Of a stretch of 64,000 bases of DNA, positions 41,761-54,820 are shown one piece after another (within the stretch, counting starts at the first letter, position 1; the number at the start of each line of letters is the position of its first letter). Both the position numbers and the translations under genes were made by a program. The stretch is from Octopus vulgaris (taxonomy: Eukaryota): contig OX597833.1 of NCBI GenBank assembly GCA_951406725.2, positions 68,510,001-68,574,000 of the forward strand, read 5' to 3'. The notes below the pieces were generated by a model. The model was not told the origin of the DNA. It saw only the letters and a program-made list of their open reading frames with translations, and did not search any database.

Positions 41761-42724
41761 CAATTTACAATAAATGATAAAAGTAATGGAAAAAATTTAA
41801 GCGGTTCTGTTCGAAACATTATTTAAAACATTTATGAAGGAGAAAATACAGGATATTAAAAAAGGGAAAAATGTAAAATTATCGATTTAGTATATAGGGA
41901 ATGGAAGCATAATGAAAAATAGAATGATCGAATCGAAAATGAAAAAAAATGAGTTTGAAACTATATGCTATAAAATATAATGAGATAGGGGTGAGCGGAA
42001 TGTGGTTCGGTAGTAATATTCGGAACTATTTTCACAAAATAATTGCATATAAATAGACTTTTTTTTAGCGGGAAGGGGATTAAGTGACATTAAATTTTTG
42101 AGTGGTTTAAAAAAAATTAAAACACATTTTTCAAATTAATAATGTATAAAAATATGTCTGAGAAGGAAAACAGGGAGTTCTATGTATAATGAAATTAAGT
42201 TTAATGTTTAAAAAATTAAAAATAAATTAGTTCACTTAAATTGGATTTAATCAAATTAAATAGAATTTATGTTTTTAATTCAGAGTAAAAAGAGTTAAGT
42301 TGAAGGTTAAATACTCAATATTTAATGAAGAATGTTAACTAAGATAAAACTATAAACAGTGTAGCGATTAGGATATCGAGGGAGAAGCAGCCATAAGGTT
42401 AAATATATTTGCGAGAAATATATTAGCGTAAGGAGGAGAAGAACGAAATAAAGTGAGGGAGTTGAATAGGTGGGGCGGTGTGCAAAATTTTAAGGGAAGA
42501 AATTAGGAAAATAAAGCATTCTATAATAAATATATTGAGAAGTGCAGGAGATTAGAGATTAACTAACGTTACTTTTGTAGTTCATAGGTCAATACATTAA
42601 GTAGAATACGAATGAGTTTGATAATATAAATCGATAAAATTGAAAAATTTTTTAATTGTGGAATCCAGCGCTGAGAAAAACTGAATTTGCCGTTCTTGGG
42701 TTTCAATTTAAGTAGAAATATAAT

Positions 42725-42959
42725 TATTTTTATATTGCCCACAAGGGGCTAAACATAGAGGGACAAATAACGACAGAAAAAACGGAAGTATAAGTTGATT
42801 ATATCGACCCCAGTGCGTAACTGGCACTTATTTAATCGACCCCGAAAGGATGAAAGGCAAAGTCGACCTCGGCGGAATTTGAACTCAGAACGTAATGGCA
42901 GACGAAATACCGCTAAGCATCTCGCCCGGCATGCTAACGATTCTGTCAGCTCACCGCCT
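42725..42959 (-). mobile_element. Full-length SINE family B
   Basis: Reverse complement of the 35708-35940 unit; head GGCGGTGAGCTGACAGAATCGTTAGC. Confidence 0.9.
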
Positions 42960-43994
42960 TAATACAGTGTGTACAGTGCAAATGTAGAATGAAGTTACCC
43001 CGTTTCATATACGGATGTGTCTCTCTAAACAATGCGAGCAACTATAGAAAAATAGGTGATTGATATTTATTCATATTTCAAAGGTTCTTGTTCCTATTTA
43101 GCACTGTATATCGAAATACGGTGTCCCTAGTATTAATTGATTTGTGTGTATATCATGTGTCTTTGTGCGTGGGAAAATAAGCAACTCTATAATTGTACGT
43201 GCAAATATATTGTTGAACGTCAATAATAACTGAAGATTCTGGTATTCCTGAAATTAAATATGGGTAGTTACAACCACCTATACCTCTAGTTATTCATCTG
43301 CTTCACCTATTTAAGAATTATTTTATGTTCTTTATATTAAATCCCTTTATATATTCACAATAACAGGTATCATTGAATCAACAAAAAATTTTCTAATTGA
43401 AGATTGCTATCATTCTGAGATGCACTAATATCCGGTTACAAGGCTACAGAATATAGTTAGTGGATAATATTTAAGCAACCTTTTTGCACATGTGTTTGAT
43501 TCTTACTAGATGTTCTAGGCTGTGGGATAAACCTAATAAGATATAGATGAATATATTTTACAAAGGAAGCTCACACCTATTATTAATTTCGTTTATATAA
43601 TATATATTAACTACAATTGATATTAGAAAGTAGAGGAATTGTGATCCGGCTGTAAATTTTACAGGGAAGACTCTGAACGAGTTATTAAAAAAAAATATAG
43701 AAGTCTTGCTAAAGAGAAAGATTGCAGCACGTAATTGTATATATAGCGAATTATCAAATTGGAACACACGTATAAGTTTTGCACATTATTGCCAAACGTA
43801 TTAATACATCAGAAATATAAGGGAAATCTGATACGTTTTCCAAATAAATGAGCGGAGACGAGAAACTTAGAGGACTGGCAATTTATTGAAATTGCTATAA
43901 AGTATTAAAGAATATTCTACCTTTAAATACTTCTTGATCAATAGAACTACACAAATATTTATGTATGCATGTATATGCATGTATATTTTTTACA

Positions 43995-44036
<42 letters not shown>

Positions 44037-44037
<1 letters not shown>

Positions 44038-44247
44038 CAATATGCTGCACGGAGTTTTGTCAGTGAACAGGTCGCGGTCTTAAAGCGACGAAAATATTTT
44101 GATAAATTAAACTTAAATGTTGAAGTGAATCGAACGGCTTTTGTGTGTTTCTTAAATGGCTTATAAACACCTTCCACGCTGCAATTGTTTTCGTTCCATC
44201 ACACGATCTCAGATCAAATCACTTACTATGCAAGTACATCTCCGTAA
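44037..44247 (+). mobile_element. ~210-bp repeat inserted in (TA)n, probably a Penelope-like terminal repeat or retrozyme-like unit carrying a hammerhead motif
   Basis: Flanked by (TA)n on both sides; second partial copy at 25569-25700; contains a hammerhead fold. Confidence 0.65.
44052..44114 (+). ncRNA. Putative type I hammerhead ribozyme with variant core (G3-C8 swap, extra G after A9, palindromic minimal stem III)
   Basis: Stem I TTTGTCA (44056-62) / TGATAAA (44100-06); core GTGAACA (44063-69); extra G; stem II GTCGC (44071-75) / GCGAC (44085-89); GAAA (44090-93); ATAT; TT; predicted cleavage after 44099. Confidence 0.6.
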
Positions 44248-45812
44248 TATATATATATATATGGCGGTGCCCCAGCATGGCCACAGCTCATGAGCTGAAA
44301 CTAGAATCAATCAATCAATATATATATATGGGCTTTTAAGTATAGATATAAATATATGTATGCATCTCTGTGTACATATCCAAGTTTCCTATCATATGTG
44401 TTCTGAGATCAATTGTTTCACTTCTTTTCTGAATATATCCCTTACAAACATCCTCATCAGTATTCAAAGAACTGCGATGTCTCTCATAAACCACACATTA
44501 CGGTCTCAGAAAATTATGGAAAGTCGTAAAAAATAACATAGAATTTGCAACTGGAAGAATTTGGGTCATGTCTTCAGATCTCAATGGAACCTAAATATCA
44601 ACACCAATAACAACACAGAGTAAATAAAGCCACTTCCGTATGTCTTCTGAGATCGTGGGCCTGGAACAGTGGACTTTTCTCTGAATGGTACTACCCCAAG
44701 GGAATAACGTTTTACATGGATATCCACAGTTTTTGAGGAATGCGATTCTGTCATCCATCGCTATCTAATGTTAAGAATATTGTCAAAGGTAAGAAAAAAC
44801 AAAACGGAACAGTAACAATTTGAAAGCAGAAACCAGAAGAAATATCCCTAGACGTCCCAATTGAGGTTCTGCCATTCCCACCAATACGAATTCCTGGACT
44901 CCTTCTTTATTTATCAACGTCGAAAGGAAGAATTTCAAAGTTGATATGGGTAAGAATTTTTACTCGTAGCGTAAAAACACCGCAATAAAATCATCAGATT
45001 TTTTGATAAATCTAACAATTGGTCGATGAATTCCTCGCAGAAATCTACAGAAATGATTGTCAGAGTATACACTGTTTCATCTCATTCCACCACCCCTCTC
45101 TCTTTCTTCGTTGCTTTTTTTTCTCCTTCAAGCATTCCCACGTGCGCACACACATATACTCTAATAAACACACACAAGCACACAAATACCTATATTAATA
45201 CACAGAATAATACACATACATACAAGCGGAGCATCCAACAAGTGATGACCTCATCACGCTTGTTCAGTTCTATTTAATGTTAGTCTTTATTTCGTATAAT
45301 TAATAATAGATATGAGTTTTCTTTGTCAAATACACTCATGTATAACTAATACGGTTCATCCCTGCTTCACCAAATCATACAAAATTATAGACTTTTCTTT
45401 TTATTCACATCAACTTTGCGAACCTTTTGCACTTAATTTTGCCCGCTAGACAGGTTATCACAAGGTTGAATATAATAAAGACACAAACTGATTAAAGATT
45501 AACGTGTCGAATAGGATTTCTTGTAATAATCGTTCTCGTGCCCAGAGTTCAAGTCCTGATATCAACTCAGTCTAATAATTTCAGTCGTCAGTAACTAAAA
45601 TACCAGACATGTTCTTGATAAGCTTTGCTTGCTTCACACTGAATGACACATTCCAGTCTCCTCCTATTCCGTTACAAGACTTTGGTCACACAATTACAGT
45701 AAATATAGTATTTCTCTGGAGTATTCAGCCACATAGATGTTATCGATATGAAGTGGAATTTAGACGTTCCGTCAATTGGTCGTTCGCTGTCGCAATCGGG
45801 GAAGTAGGCGAG

Positions 45813-46200
45813 TGGCGAGCTGGCACGCCGGGCGAAATGCTTAGCGCTACGTTTTGAGTTCAAATTCCGCCGAGGTCGACTTTGCCTTTCACCCTTTCAG
45901 GGTCGATTAAATAAGTACCACTTACGAACTGGGGTCGACATAATCGATTTAATCCGTTTTTACCCTCTGAGTGTAGCCCCTCGTTGGTAGTAACGAAACA
46001 AGAAACGTTAGTACACCGGGCGAAATGGTTAACGGTATTTCGTCTATCTTTACGTCCTGATTTCAAATTCCCTCGAGGTCAACTTCGTCTTTCATCCCTT
46101 CGGTGTCAATAAATTAAGTACCAGTTGCGTACATTGGTCGATCTAATCGACTGGCTCCCTCCACCAAAAATTTCGTGCACTGTGCCAAGAGTAGAAAAAA
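45813..46200 (+). mobile_element. Two adjacent SINE family B copies with different 3' ends
   Basis: gagttcaaattccgccgaggtcgactttgcctttcacc at ~45856 and ttcaaattccctcgaggtcaacttcgtctttcatcc at ~46062. Confidence 0.85.
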
Positions 46201-47602
46201 ATATATGGAAGTAGCCATGAGAACAAATGCAGGCTTGGTGGCTAACTACATCAACTAAAATAGCAATAATAAATCTACGATATTTTGTTGTATGTCGATA
46301 TGTTAGATTTCCACCCTGACTACAAAAGTCTGACGTTTTAACAAGTTGCAATTCACCACTACGATTGGGAAAGCAAGAAATATTATTTACTTTACTGTAC
46401 TGAAAAGAATTCAGTGTATAGATAGAGTTTAACTTGAACTTTAGTCACGGGACATTCCTCCGCAGGTGGCTGCGGAGGTCATAAATCAGAAAGAACTGAT
46501 TGAGGTCAGGAAGACCTGTAACAAAGAATTTTCCTCGGTCTGGGCCTGCCGATCCAGGCTTCCCTGCAGGCGGCAGAAAGTTTACTTGGGGGTCCGGATG
46601 AGGAAGACGATGAATAATGCAAAATATGTTTTTGTAATTGTAATTTTTGAATTTTTGTGATTATAATTTTAATTTATATTGATTTAAATTGAACAGTGAT
46701 CTCGAGGGGTTATCGGTCGGCGGGCGCCGGTGCCCCTCCCATAATTATTTTTTTTTTTCCATCTTTGTCGTTTTCATACACATTAATGTCTTTGTCCAGC
46801 CCGCAGCTACCTTTATCTGTGAACGATCTTCATGGTCAATTCGATGAAATAAAGTTACTGGATCTTTCTCCGAATCCTAGTGGGTATCTTCCATATTATG
46901 TTTCACGGTACTGAAACGAAGACCACAAAATTTTGATGAGACGCATTGAGAGCTGATTAGCGAATACTGGAAAGTATGGCAGCCTGTGACGTTGCAATGT
47001 TAAGGGACATCGAGTTCTGCAGTTAGTTATTCTTTATCAACAAATAAGTGAAATCAGGAAAAAACCATAAAATATTTTATTGACAGAAAAAAATAGAAGC
47101 AAAACTGATTTACAGACATCAGCTTTTCTAGAATAATTTAATTGCACAGGAATAAAATGAGGGGAAAAAATACGCAAATGCAAAATTAATTTTAACAAGC
47201 TTTTCACTAAATTCAAACTAATAACATGATTTTTTTCGCTTTTGGTAATTCTGCTGAGGTAACTAAGAAATGGCATCTTCCAAACATTTCTTTATTTTAG
47301 ACGTGACGGAAAAGAAGAATAAATATAGTGATTATGATAATAATAATTCAAATATCAGCGAAAATTTTCGATCTGATAAATTTCGATTATTTTTTCTGAA
47401 GCTGTATTCTCTGTGTAATGTATTTTCTGTTTTTGACATGCATACAATTTCTATATCGGAGTTGTGTATGCACATATATCTGCATCCTATACACACATAT
47501 ATGTGCGTGTGTGAGTGTGTATAGGTATGTTAGAGTATCCGTCACGAAAACGTAAGACATATGGAGGTGAATTAAGATGTTATTAAAATATATGAACTCT
47601 TA

Positions 47603-48000
47603 GGCGCAGGAGTGGTTTTGTGGTAAGTAGCTTGCTAACCAACCACATGGTTCCGGGTTCAGTCCCACTGCGTGGCACTTTGGGCAAGTGTCTTCTACTA
47701 TAGCCCCGGGCCGACCAATGCCTTGTGAGTGGATTTTGTAGACGGAAACTGAAAGAAGCCTGTCGTATATATGTATATATAAGATGGGTGTGTATGTTTG
47801 TGTGTCTGTCCCCCTAGCATTGCTTGACAACCGATGCTGGTGTGTTTACGTCCCCGTCACTTAGCGGATCGGCAAAACAGACCGATAGAAGAAGTACTGG
47901 GCTTACAAAGAATAAGTCCTGGCGTCGATTTGCTCGACTAAAGGCGGTGCTCCAGCATGGCCGCAGTCAAATGACTGAAACAAGTAAAAGAGTAAAGAGT
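47603..48000 (+). mobile_element. Full-length SINE family A
   Basis: GGCGCAGGAGTGGTTTTGTGGTAAG...GGTTCAGTCCC...TTGGGCAAGTGTCTT...tail AAAAGAGTAAAGAGT. Confidence 0.92.
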
Positions 48001-48576
48001 TACCAAATATGTTGAGAACAACTTTCTTTCGCCTGTTACCTCACTCGTGTATATATGTATGTACATCTCTTCATGTGTGCGTATGTATACATGTGTGTAT
48101 GTATGTGTAGGCACGTATGTATATGTATGTGTTTGAATGTGTTTGTCGTCCGTTTTAAATTCTTTAAACTCTTCCTCTGAGGAAGGAGCTGGTTTCTAAC
48201 GAAAATATAAAGTTCCATCGTTCGTATATAGAAAACAAAAATAAAAATGTATTTTGAACTTGAGAAAACTCTTGCATATATTTCTTGTTTCACTTAGAAG
48301 CTGAAAATCAAATCTTGTCCCAACTGTCCGTATTGAAGCAGTTGTGCACGTATATGCACGTGTAGGAATACACACTCACACACGCACACACAGAGAACAC
48401 GCGCGCACATACAAACATACATATAAGCTTACATACACAGATGTATAAGTATGTGTGTGTGTGTTTCTACACATTGATAAGAAAAACACAAACACCGATT
48501 TCTCCGTAGTCCGAAAGACTAACTTTTCTTTGATACATTTTTGTATGCTTTCATTCAATAGGCATTATCAATGTTG

Positions 48577-48611
<35 letters not shown>

Positions 48612-49843
48612 GTTGTTGTTGTTGTATTTCTTATCTGTGTACGTTATCCGTTTATGATTACTCCAAATATTCCAAGAAGAATGTTGTCGAAATCTCGGAT
48701 CATTCTCTTAGAATTTCGAAAAACCAAAAAAAAAAATTTTTTAAATCAAATATTAGCAACAATTGTAAAGTATCACCGATAGGAGTTGCGATTAGGACAC
48801 ATATGATGTGACTGCAAATATAGGCACACACATATACATATATGTATATATATATATATACACATAAATTTTCAGATATATGCTCTAAATGTACAATGTT
48901 TTTGTTTTTCGTTTACGATAAATTACTTTCCGTTTCAAGTGATTGTAGATACAATAAATGAATATGTTAAAAATATGCTGATAATGAAATTCAATACTCA
49001 ATAAGTGGACATTTCTTGTGTATGAAATATACGTTAATATAATATATTAATATCAATAATATATCTGTAATAACATCAAAGATATTAATGCATATTTAGC
49101 ACACAGAACACAAATCTGTTACAGCATTTGCTATCAGAGTTTGATAACAAATTTGGAAACGACAATATGTGTGCCTGTATATCTGTGTGTGTATATCTGT
49201 ATGAGTATATCTGTATGTGTGTGAGCGCGAGCATAATATTCTTGCTGACAGCTGAAGCAGTGGAAATTGATCTGTGATGTAATTGAATGTGTGTATTTAA
49301 CATGATTATATTACAGATCAGAAGGCCACTTAAAGATATAAAATATATACTTTATGCACACACACGCACACACGGATACACACACACACGCACATACACA
49401 CATACACATAATTATACATTTTGTCTTAAGTGTACTCAGTAACTATTCGATTTTCATTTTTGTTGCTCTTGTTGTTGATATGCGGCCCATGTTGAACTTC
49501 CCTCTAGTACAGCAATTACGCATTACACTTATAATCATCGAATTTACTTGAGTATCAGAACCTTTTATGGAATATATCTCGCCTTTTTTCTTGAAATGAA
49601 CATGATCTGAACGATGGCATTATAATCTTTTTCTAATTTACTTAAAATTTTTGAGTGTATGTTTTTTTAAAAATTTAAATACGCTGTTGGATGACCGTTT
49701 TCATAATACGAAGACAACTACTATACCACTGTTATCGGATGGATATCAACAGCAATGATTCAATATTGCTCGTGTATATTTATATATTTAGTGTTCGAAA
49801 AAGTTAACATTATGAAGGAAACTAGAACATATATATATATATC

Positions 49844-50155
49844 TCACGTGATCACGTGATCAACCAGGTTATCAGATGTTGCTCTACATCGCTGGTCACA
49901 ATGCGCTTCGCATTGTTTTAGCCTTCGAATGGCGCCACCCCGCTGGCTAAGCGAGCAGTCCAACATAAGAAAGAGTGAGAGAAAGTTGTGGCGAAAGAGT
50001 ACAGCAGGGATCGCCACCCACCACCCCCTGCCAGAGGTTCGTGGAGCTTTGGGTGTTGTCGCCCAATAAACACGCACAACTTCCGGTCTGGGAATCGAAA
50101 CCGCTATCCTACGAACGCGGGCCCGCTCCCCTAGCCACTAGGCCATTGCGCCTCC
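49844..50155 (-). mobile_element. SINE family C, tail type 1
   Basis: Collinear with 26525-26803; tail cacgtgatcacgtgatc. Confidence 0.9.
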
Positions 50156-50247
50156 ACATATATTATTATATGTGGAGGTGCGAGCGCGCGTGTGTATGAG
50201 TGTGTGCATGTACTTATATACATATCTACACGCGGAATTATTTGCGC

Positions 50248-50449
50248 ATATGTGTTTAATAGTGTGTATATACAAATATATGGGTCTATAAATATAGATG
50301 TGAATGTGTGTGGGTATATAAACAAGTATGTCGATATGATAATAATAATAATATTAATAATATCGACATACTTCTTTATATACCCACACACATTCACATC
50401 TATATTTATAGACCCATATATTTGTATATGCACACTATTAAACACATAT
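50248..50449. repeat. Long inverted repeat (90-bp arms, 22-nt AT spacer)
   Basis: 50248-50337 is the reverse complement of 50360-50449 with 2 differences. Confidence 0.93.
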
Positions 50450-51010
50450 CAACTTTATTCTTATTACTATTATTAATAATAATAATAGTAATAAGAATAA
50501 AGTTGATATTATTATTATTAAAAAGAATTTGTATAACTATAAATATGCATATGTATACTTAGATATACATCAGTATATAGATGTTTATATATATACAAAG
50601 AGAGAGGGGTGGAAGAAAGTGTTATATATATGTATATATATATATATATATATATACTTACAAAAATACATATATATATATATATTGTTATAGACGCAGA
50701 GTTCACATACTTTATACAGAATGAAACTGCTGGTGCGGACGACAGGATTTTGGTCAGAATACTTTAGAATCTTTTGAAAGTACTGCAGCAGTAGACTGCA
50801 CGGTGAAAAATGGAGGAACAATGATGCTTAAATCTCCATTCAGAGGCAGTGGAAATATTCTTGAGAACACAACAAAACAGATTTCAAAGCGTAAATATCA
50901 GCGTTTAACCGCAATACACACGCACATAGACACACAAAGACAGACATTGACTTGCACACACATACACACTCACGCACCTGTGTACACACAAATTGCATAT
51001 ACGGTTGCGA

Positions 51011-51056
<46 letters not shown>

Positions 51057-51061
<5 letters not shown>

Positions 51062-51092
51062 TGTATGTCTACGTATCTGTAATGGGTGTGTA

Positions 51093-51126
<34 letters not shown>

Positions 51127-51262
51127 TGTGTCTACGTATCTGTAATGGGTGTGTATGAATATATATATATATATATGCGTGTGTCTACGTATCTGTAATG
51201 GGTGTGTATGAATATATATATATATATGCGTGTGTCTACGTATCTGTAATGGGTGTGTATGA

Positions 51263-51285
<23 letters not shown>
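51057..51285. repeat. Minisatellite: atgcgtgtgtctacgtatctgtaatgggtgtgtatga + (AT)n, 4 copies
   Basis: Seen directly. Confidence 0.92.
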
Positions 51286-51294
<9 letters not shown>

Positions 51295-51908
51295 TTGTGT
51301 ATATATATATGCGTTTATATTTTTGTGTATACAAAGTACATACGCACACAAATATCTTTCAGACATATATAAATATATATATGTGTGTGTGTTTGTATGG
51401 TTTTTAGATGTGTTTAGTGTATCAAATAAGATGTGAAATATGTTGGGCATTAGTGTTTTGCGATATATGGAACGAGATTTACGCATAAAAACCATTACAC
51501 GTGAATACCTGCATGCACACATATATTCTCATATTGTTATTTAACGCACCACACACACACACACACACATGTACACATATATACACAGAAACACACACAT
51601 ATACACACATATATATATGCACACGTCCATATACAAACATTCCAAAAAGATAAACACATATACACACGGGGAGCATTAAAACTACAGAATAGTGTGCATA
51701 ATTTCTCAACACAGGTTTATTATGTTGTAAAATAGCTTAGTGTTTAAACACCTGGTTTCGTTACCATCTCCTATTCTGTTCGATCCTACTGACAAATAAA
51801 TTCGGTATGTTTCCACATTTTCTCATAATCCATCTCAAATTATGTGTTTAAAATAGAATAAAGTCAACGGAAATCTTGCGGATTTATTGTACAAATAATC
51901 CATGGCAA

Positions 51909-52252
51909 GGAGGTGCAATTGCCCAGTGGTTAGGGCAGCGGTCTCGCGGTCGTACGTTCGCGGTCGTAGATTCGCGTTCGCGGTCAAAGGATCGCGGTGT
52001 CTATTCCAGGACCCAGGCTTCGGCTGCTGTACTCTTTCACCACAACTTTCCTCACTCTTTCTTTCTGCTTCTGTTGTACTTGTATTTCAAAGAGCCAGCC
52101 CTGTGACACTGCGTCACGCTGAATCTCCCCGAGAACTACGTTAACGGTACACGTGTGGAGTGGTCAGCCACTTGCACGTTAGGTTCTCGAGCAGGCTGTT
52201 CCTTTGATCGGATCTACTGAAACCCTCGTTGTCGTAACCGACAAAGTGCTAG
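51909..52252 (+). mobile_element. SINE family C, tail type 2
   Basis: Head GGAGGTGCAATTGCCCAGTGGTTAGGGCAGCGG; tail ...gagaactacgttaa...gtcgtaaccgac shared with 60484-60873. Confidence 0.85.
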
Positions 52253-52557
52253 CAATGCATAGTGCTGTCCCTGTCATTCATTTTATCAAACTAGTTCTAG
52301 TTGTAGATTATTGAAATTGCATAATTTATCTGCATTAGTGTAACCAGATTTTCGTATGTCAGAGTGGAGTCATTATACTGATATTAATAACACACGCACT
52401 GGCTCAATTCTACTCGTTTGTTTTTAATCAATTGGGTAAATAACCAACTAGCTAATTGCTTGTTTGTTTTGACTTGCTTAATGTGTAAGCATAAAGAATC
52501 TTGCAAGCCAGACACAAAAACAAAGTAGTCTAACTAGAATTTAAGAGATTACAGTTA

Positions 52558-52755
52558 ACAGGGATGCTAAAATGTTCATGACATTGAGGGTTTCGGGAAA
52601 GGCCTAGCAGGAGAAAACCGAGCTCTGTTACTGAGCTTAAAAGAGCTGAAGGACCACTGGAATAAGTGCAGGAATCTGAGAGTGGAATATGTTGAATAAA
52701 ATCATAATTAAATGGTCCTCTTGTATTTTCTCTTACTCAAAACCAGGAACTCCCA
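52558..52755 (+). mobile_element. Internally deleted mariner-type DNA transposon remnant
   Basis: 52646-52698 translates as LKDHWNKCRNLRVEYVE*, like the mariner transposase C-terminus L..RW.KC....G.YVE. Degenerate TIR-like ends (gggatgctaaaatgttc / ccaggaact). Confidence 0.6.
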
Positions 52756-53517
52756 CAAAACTCAGTAGACCCTCACACTTATGAGATATAGCTACATGTT
52801 GTGTTCATTTGGAAGGTATTAATATTGTCTTCTGTAAAGAAACAACACATAACATTGAATTTCTAAAATGTCGAGAACGTGATAAGAAGGAATATTGTGG
52901 GACGAAAAAAAAAATGTATAATTCGAAGCCATGTCGGTGGCTACAGACAAGAGTAACTTGTGATATTTCCGTATCTATCGTTTATCTATTTCTTGCCTAT
53001 TTTCGGTAACGACGTAGGAGGAGACTACCATTATCTGATAATGAAATAACGCTGTAATGGCGGAAAAAGTAAAACAAAGACAACCATAATATTATTGTAT
53101 ATTTGGATGTCAAAGGTTAAATTGTGATTGTAATGAAGTGCAGATCTAATTATAATAATCTAGTAATTTAAAACTTGTTTCCAAATATTATGATTCGTTA
53201 ACGCCTAATAGCTGCGTACATATACACACAAATGCATAAACATATACATATTTATGTACGTATGTCATATACATATATAAAGTTGTACACACACACACAC
53301 ATATATATATATATAAGCAGACATGACTATGTATATAACTTGGTAGGTATGTGTGCATGTATGTATATACATATACTATATACAGATAGATATATATATA
53401 TGTATAGCTTCACAAGCACACACACAAACAGACACACATATAAATAAATATATATATATACACAGACGCATACACATGCATATGTTGACGTACACACACA
53501 TAGAAACATACACACAC

Positions 53518-53550
<33 letters not shown>

Positions 53551-54008
53551 GATAGATGCATACACATGCATATATGGACGTACGCACATATAGGCACATA
53601 TACACACATATATATACGTACATATATCAATTAGAATTTACATTGTCTAGATTATTGTCGATATGACTTTATGACATTTGATATTTGGCAGGAGATCATA
53701 TTTGATCTCTGATATATTAGAAAGAGTTCAGTTTGTTTTACCTGCGAGATGCACAGTAAACTAAACACGATTACTTTTAATCGATTTTAATATATTGAAT
53801 ATTTAATTAGTGTGAAACAATATGCGATTGGTTACGTGTTAAAGGCTATATATAACCAAATGAGAACTGGCATTGATCTTTTGAGGTGTTATGCCAGTGT
53901 TGAGTTCAATGTACTGAGATTCTATTAACCTATGTTGAACTCTTCATGCGGCAAAATTCTGGCTAGCGACTGGCAGACATATTTAATAACAATTCACTGG
54001 ATGCATTG

Positions 54009-54065
<57 letters not shown>

Positions 54066-54528
54066 AAAAAGAGAGAGGAAGGAAGGAGGGTAGAGAATGT
54101 GTGTACGTAAAGCTGTTTGTGTTTGTACACAAACTTTCGTTAAAATTTAATATATTACTGAGGCTTCTCAAATGTTTGTGTGCTTTGCGTTTGTTCGTTG
54201 CACTTGCAGATACTCTACGCTTGAGGAAATAACACTTGTACACGCACATACGCACAAACCAAATCGATTAACTCACGCGCACACGCACGCAGCCGATTCA
54301 TAGATGTTGCTTGCACGCGAGCATTCGACATGGGGATCTGATATTAAAGCAAAAACTTAGAGGGCCAACGACTAGACACCTGTTTCCTTACGTGATGTGT
54401 TGTGATTAGGATAAACAAAATTTCGTAACATGGCACATGACGTAAAATATGCCGGGCTTATTCTCACTGCCAATGTTTCCTAATATAGCTTCCGACCGAC
54501 CAAATCGTTGTCAATAGTGAAAGCCTTC

Positions 54529-54597
<69 letters not shown>

Positions 54598-54601
<4 letters not shown>

Positions 54602-54718
54602 GTCATCCGATAAGTTATGTCCGAATTTTGAATAAAGAAAACAAGAGATAAAATGTTATACTTAATTGAAATTTAATCCTCAGTATACTTTCCTTGATTA
54701 TCTATGACTTCCTCCAAA
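54598..54718 (-). mobile_element. Mariner-type transposon 3' end (TIR plus last transposase codons), inserted at a TA array
   Basis: TA|TCAGGTCATCCGATAAGTTATGTCCGAATTTT resembles a mariner TIR. Minus strand reads [14 protein letters not shown], like W..VIDN.G.Y. Confidence 0.7.
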
Positions 54719-54768
54719 TATTTACATGCTTTTATATATATGTACATATATATATATGTATACATATA

Positions 54769-54820
<52 letters not shown>

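Noticed and set aside
44415-44470. Minus-strand CTGATGAG...GAAA as a hammerhead
   Set aside because: Stem II is weak and no stem I or stem III partners can be placed.
46440-46480. Hairpin followed by CTAA on the minus strand as a Helitron 3' end
   Set aside because: The terminus is CTAA followed by A rather than the usual CTAG|T, and no 5' TC end or helicase remnant was identified.
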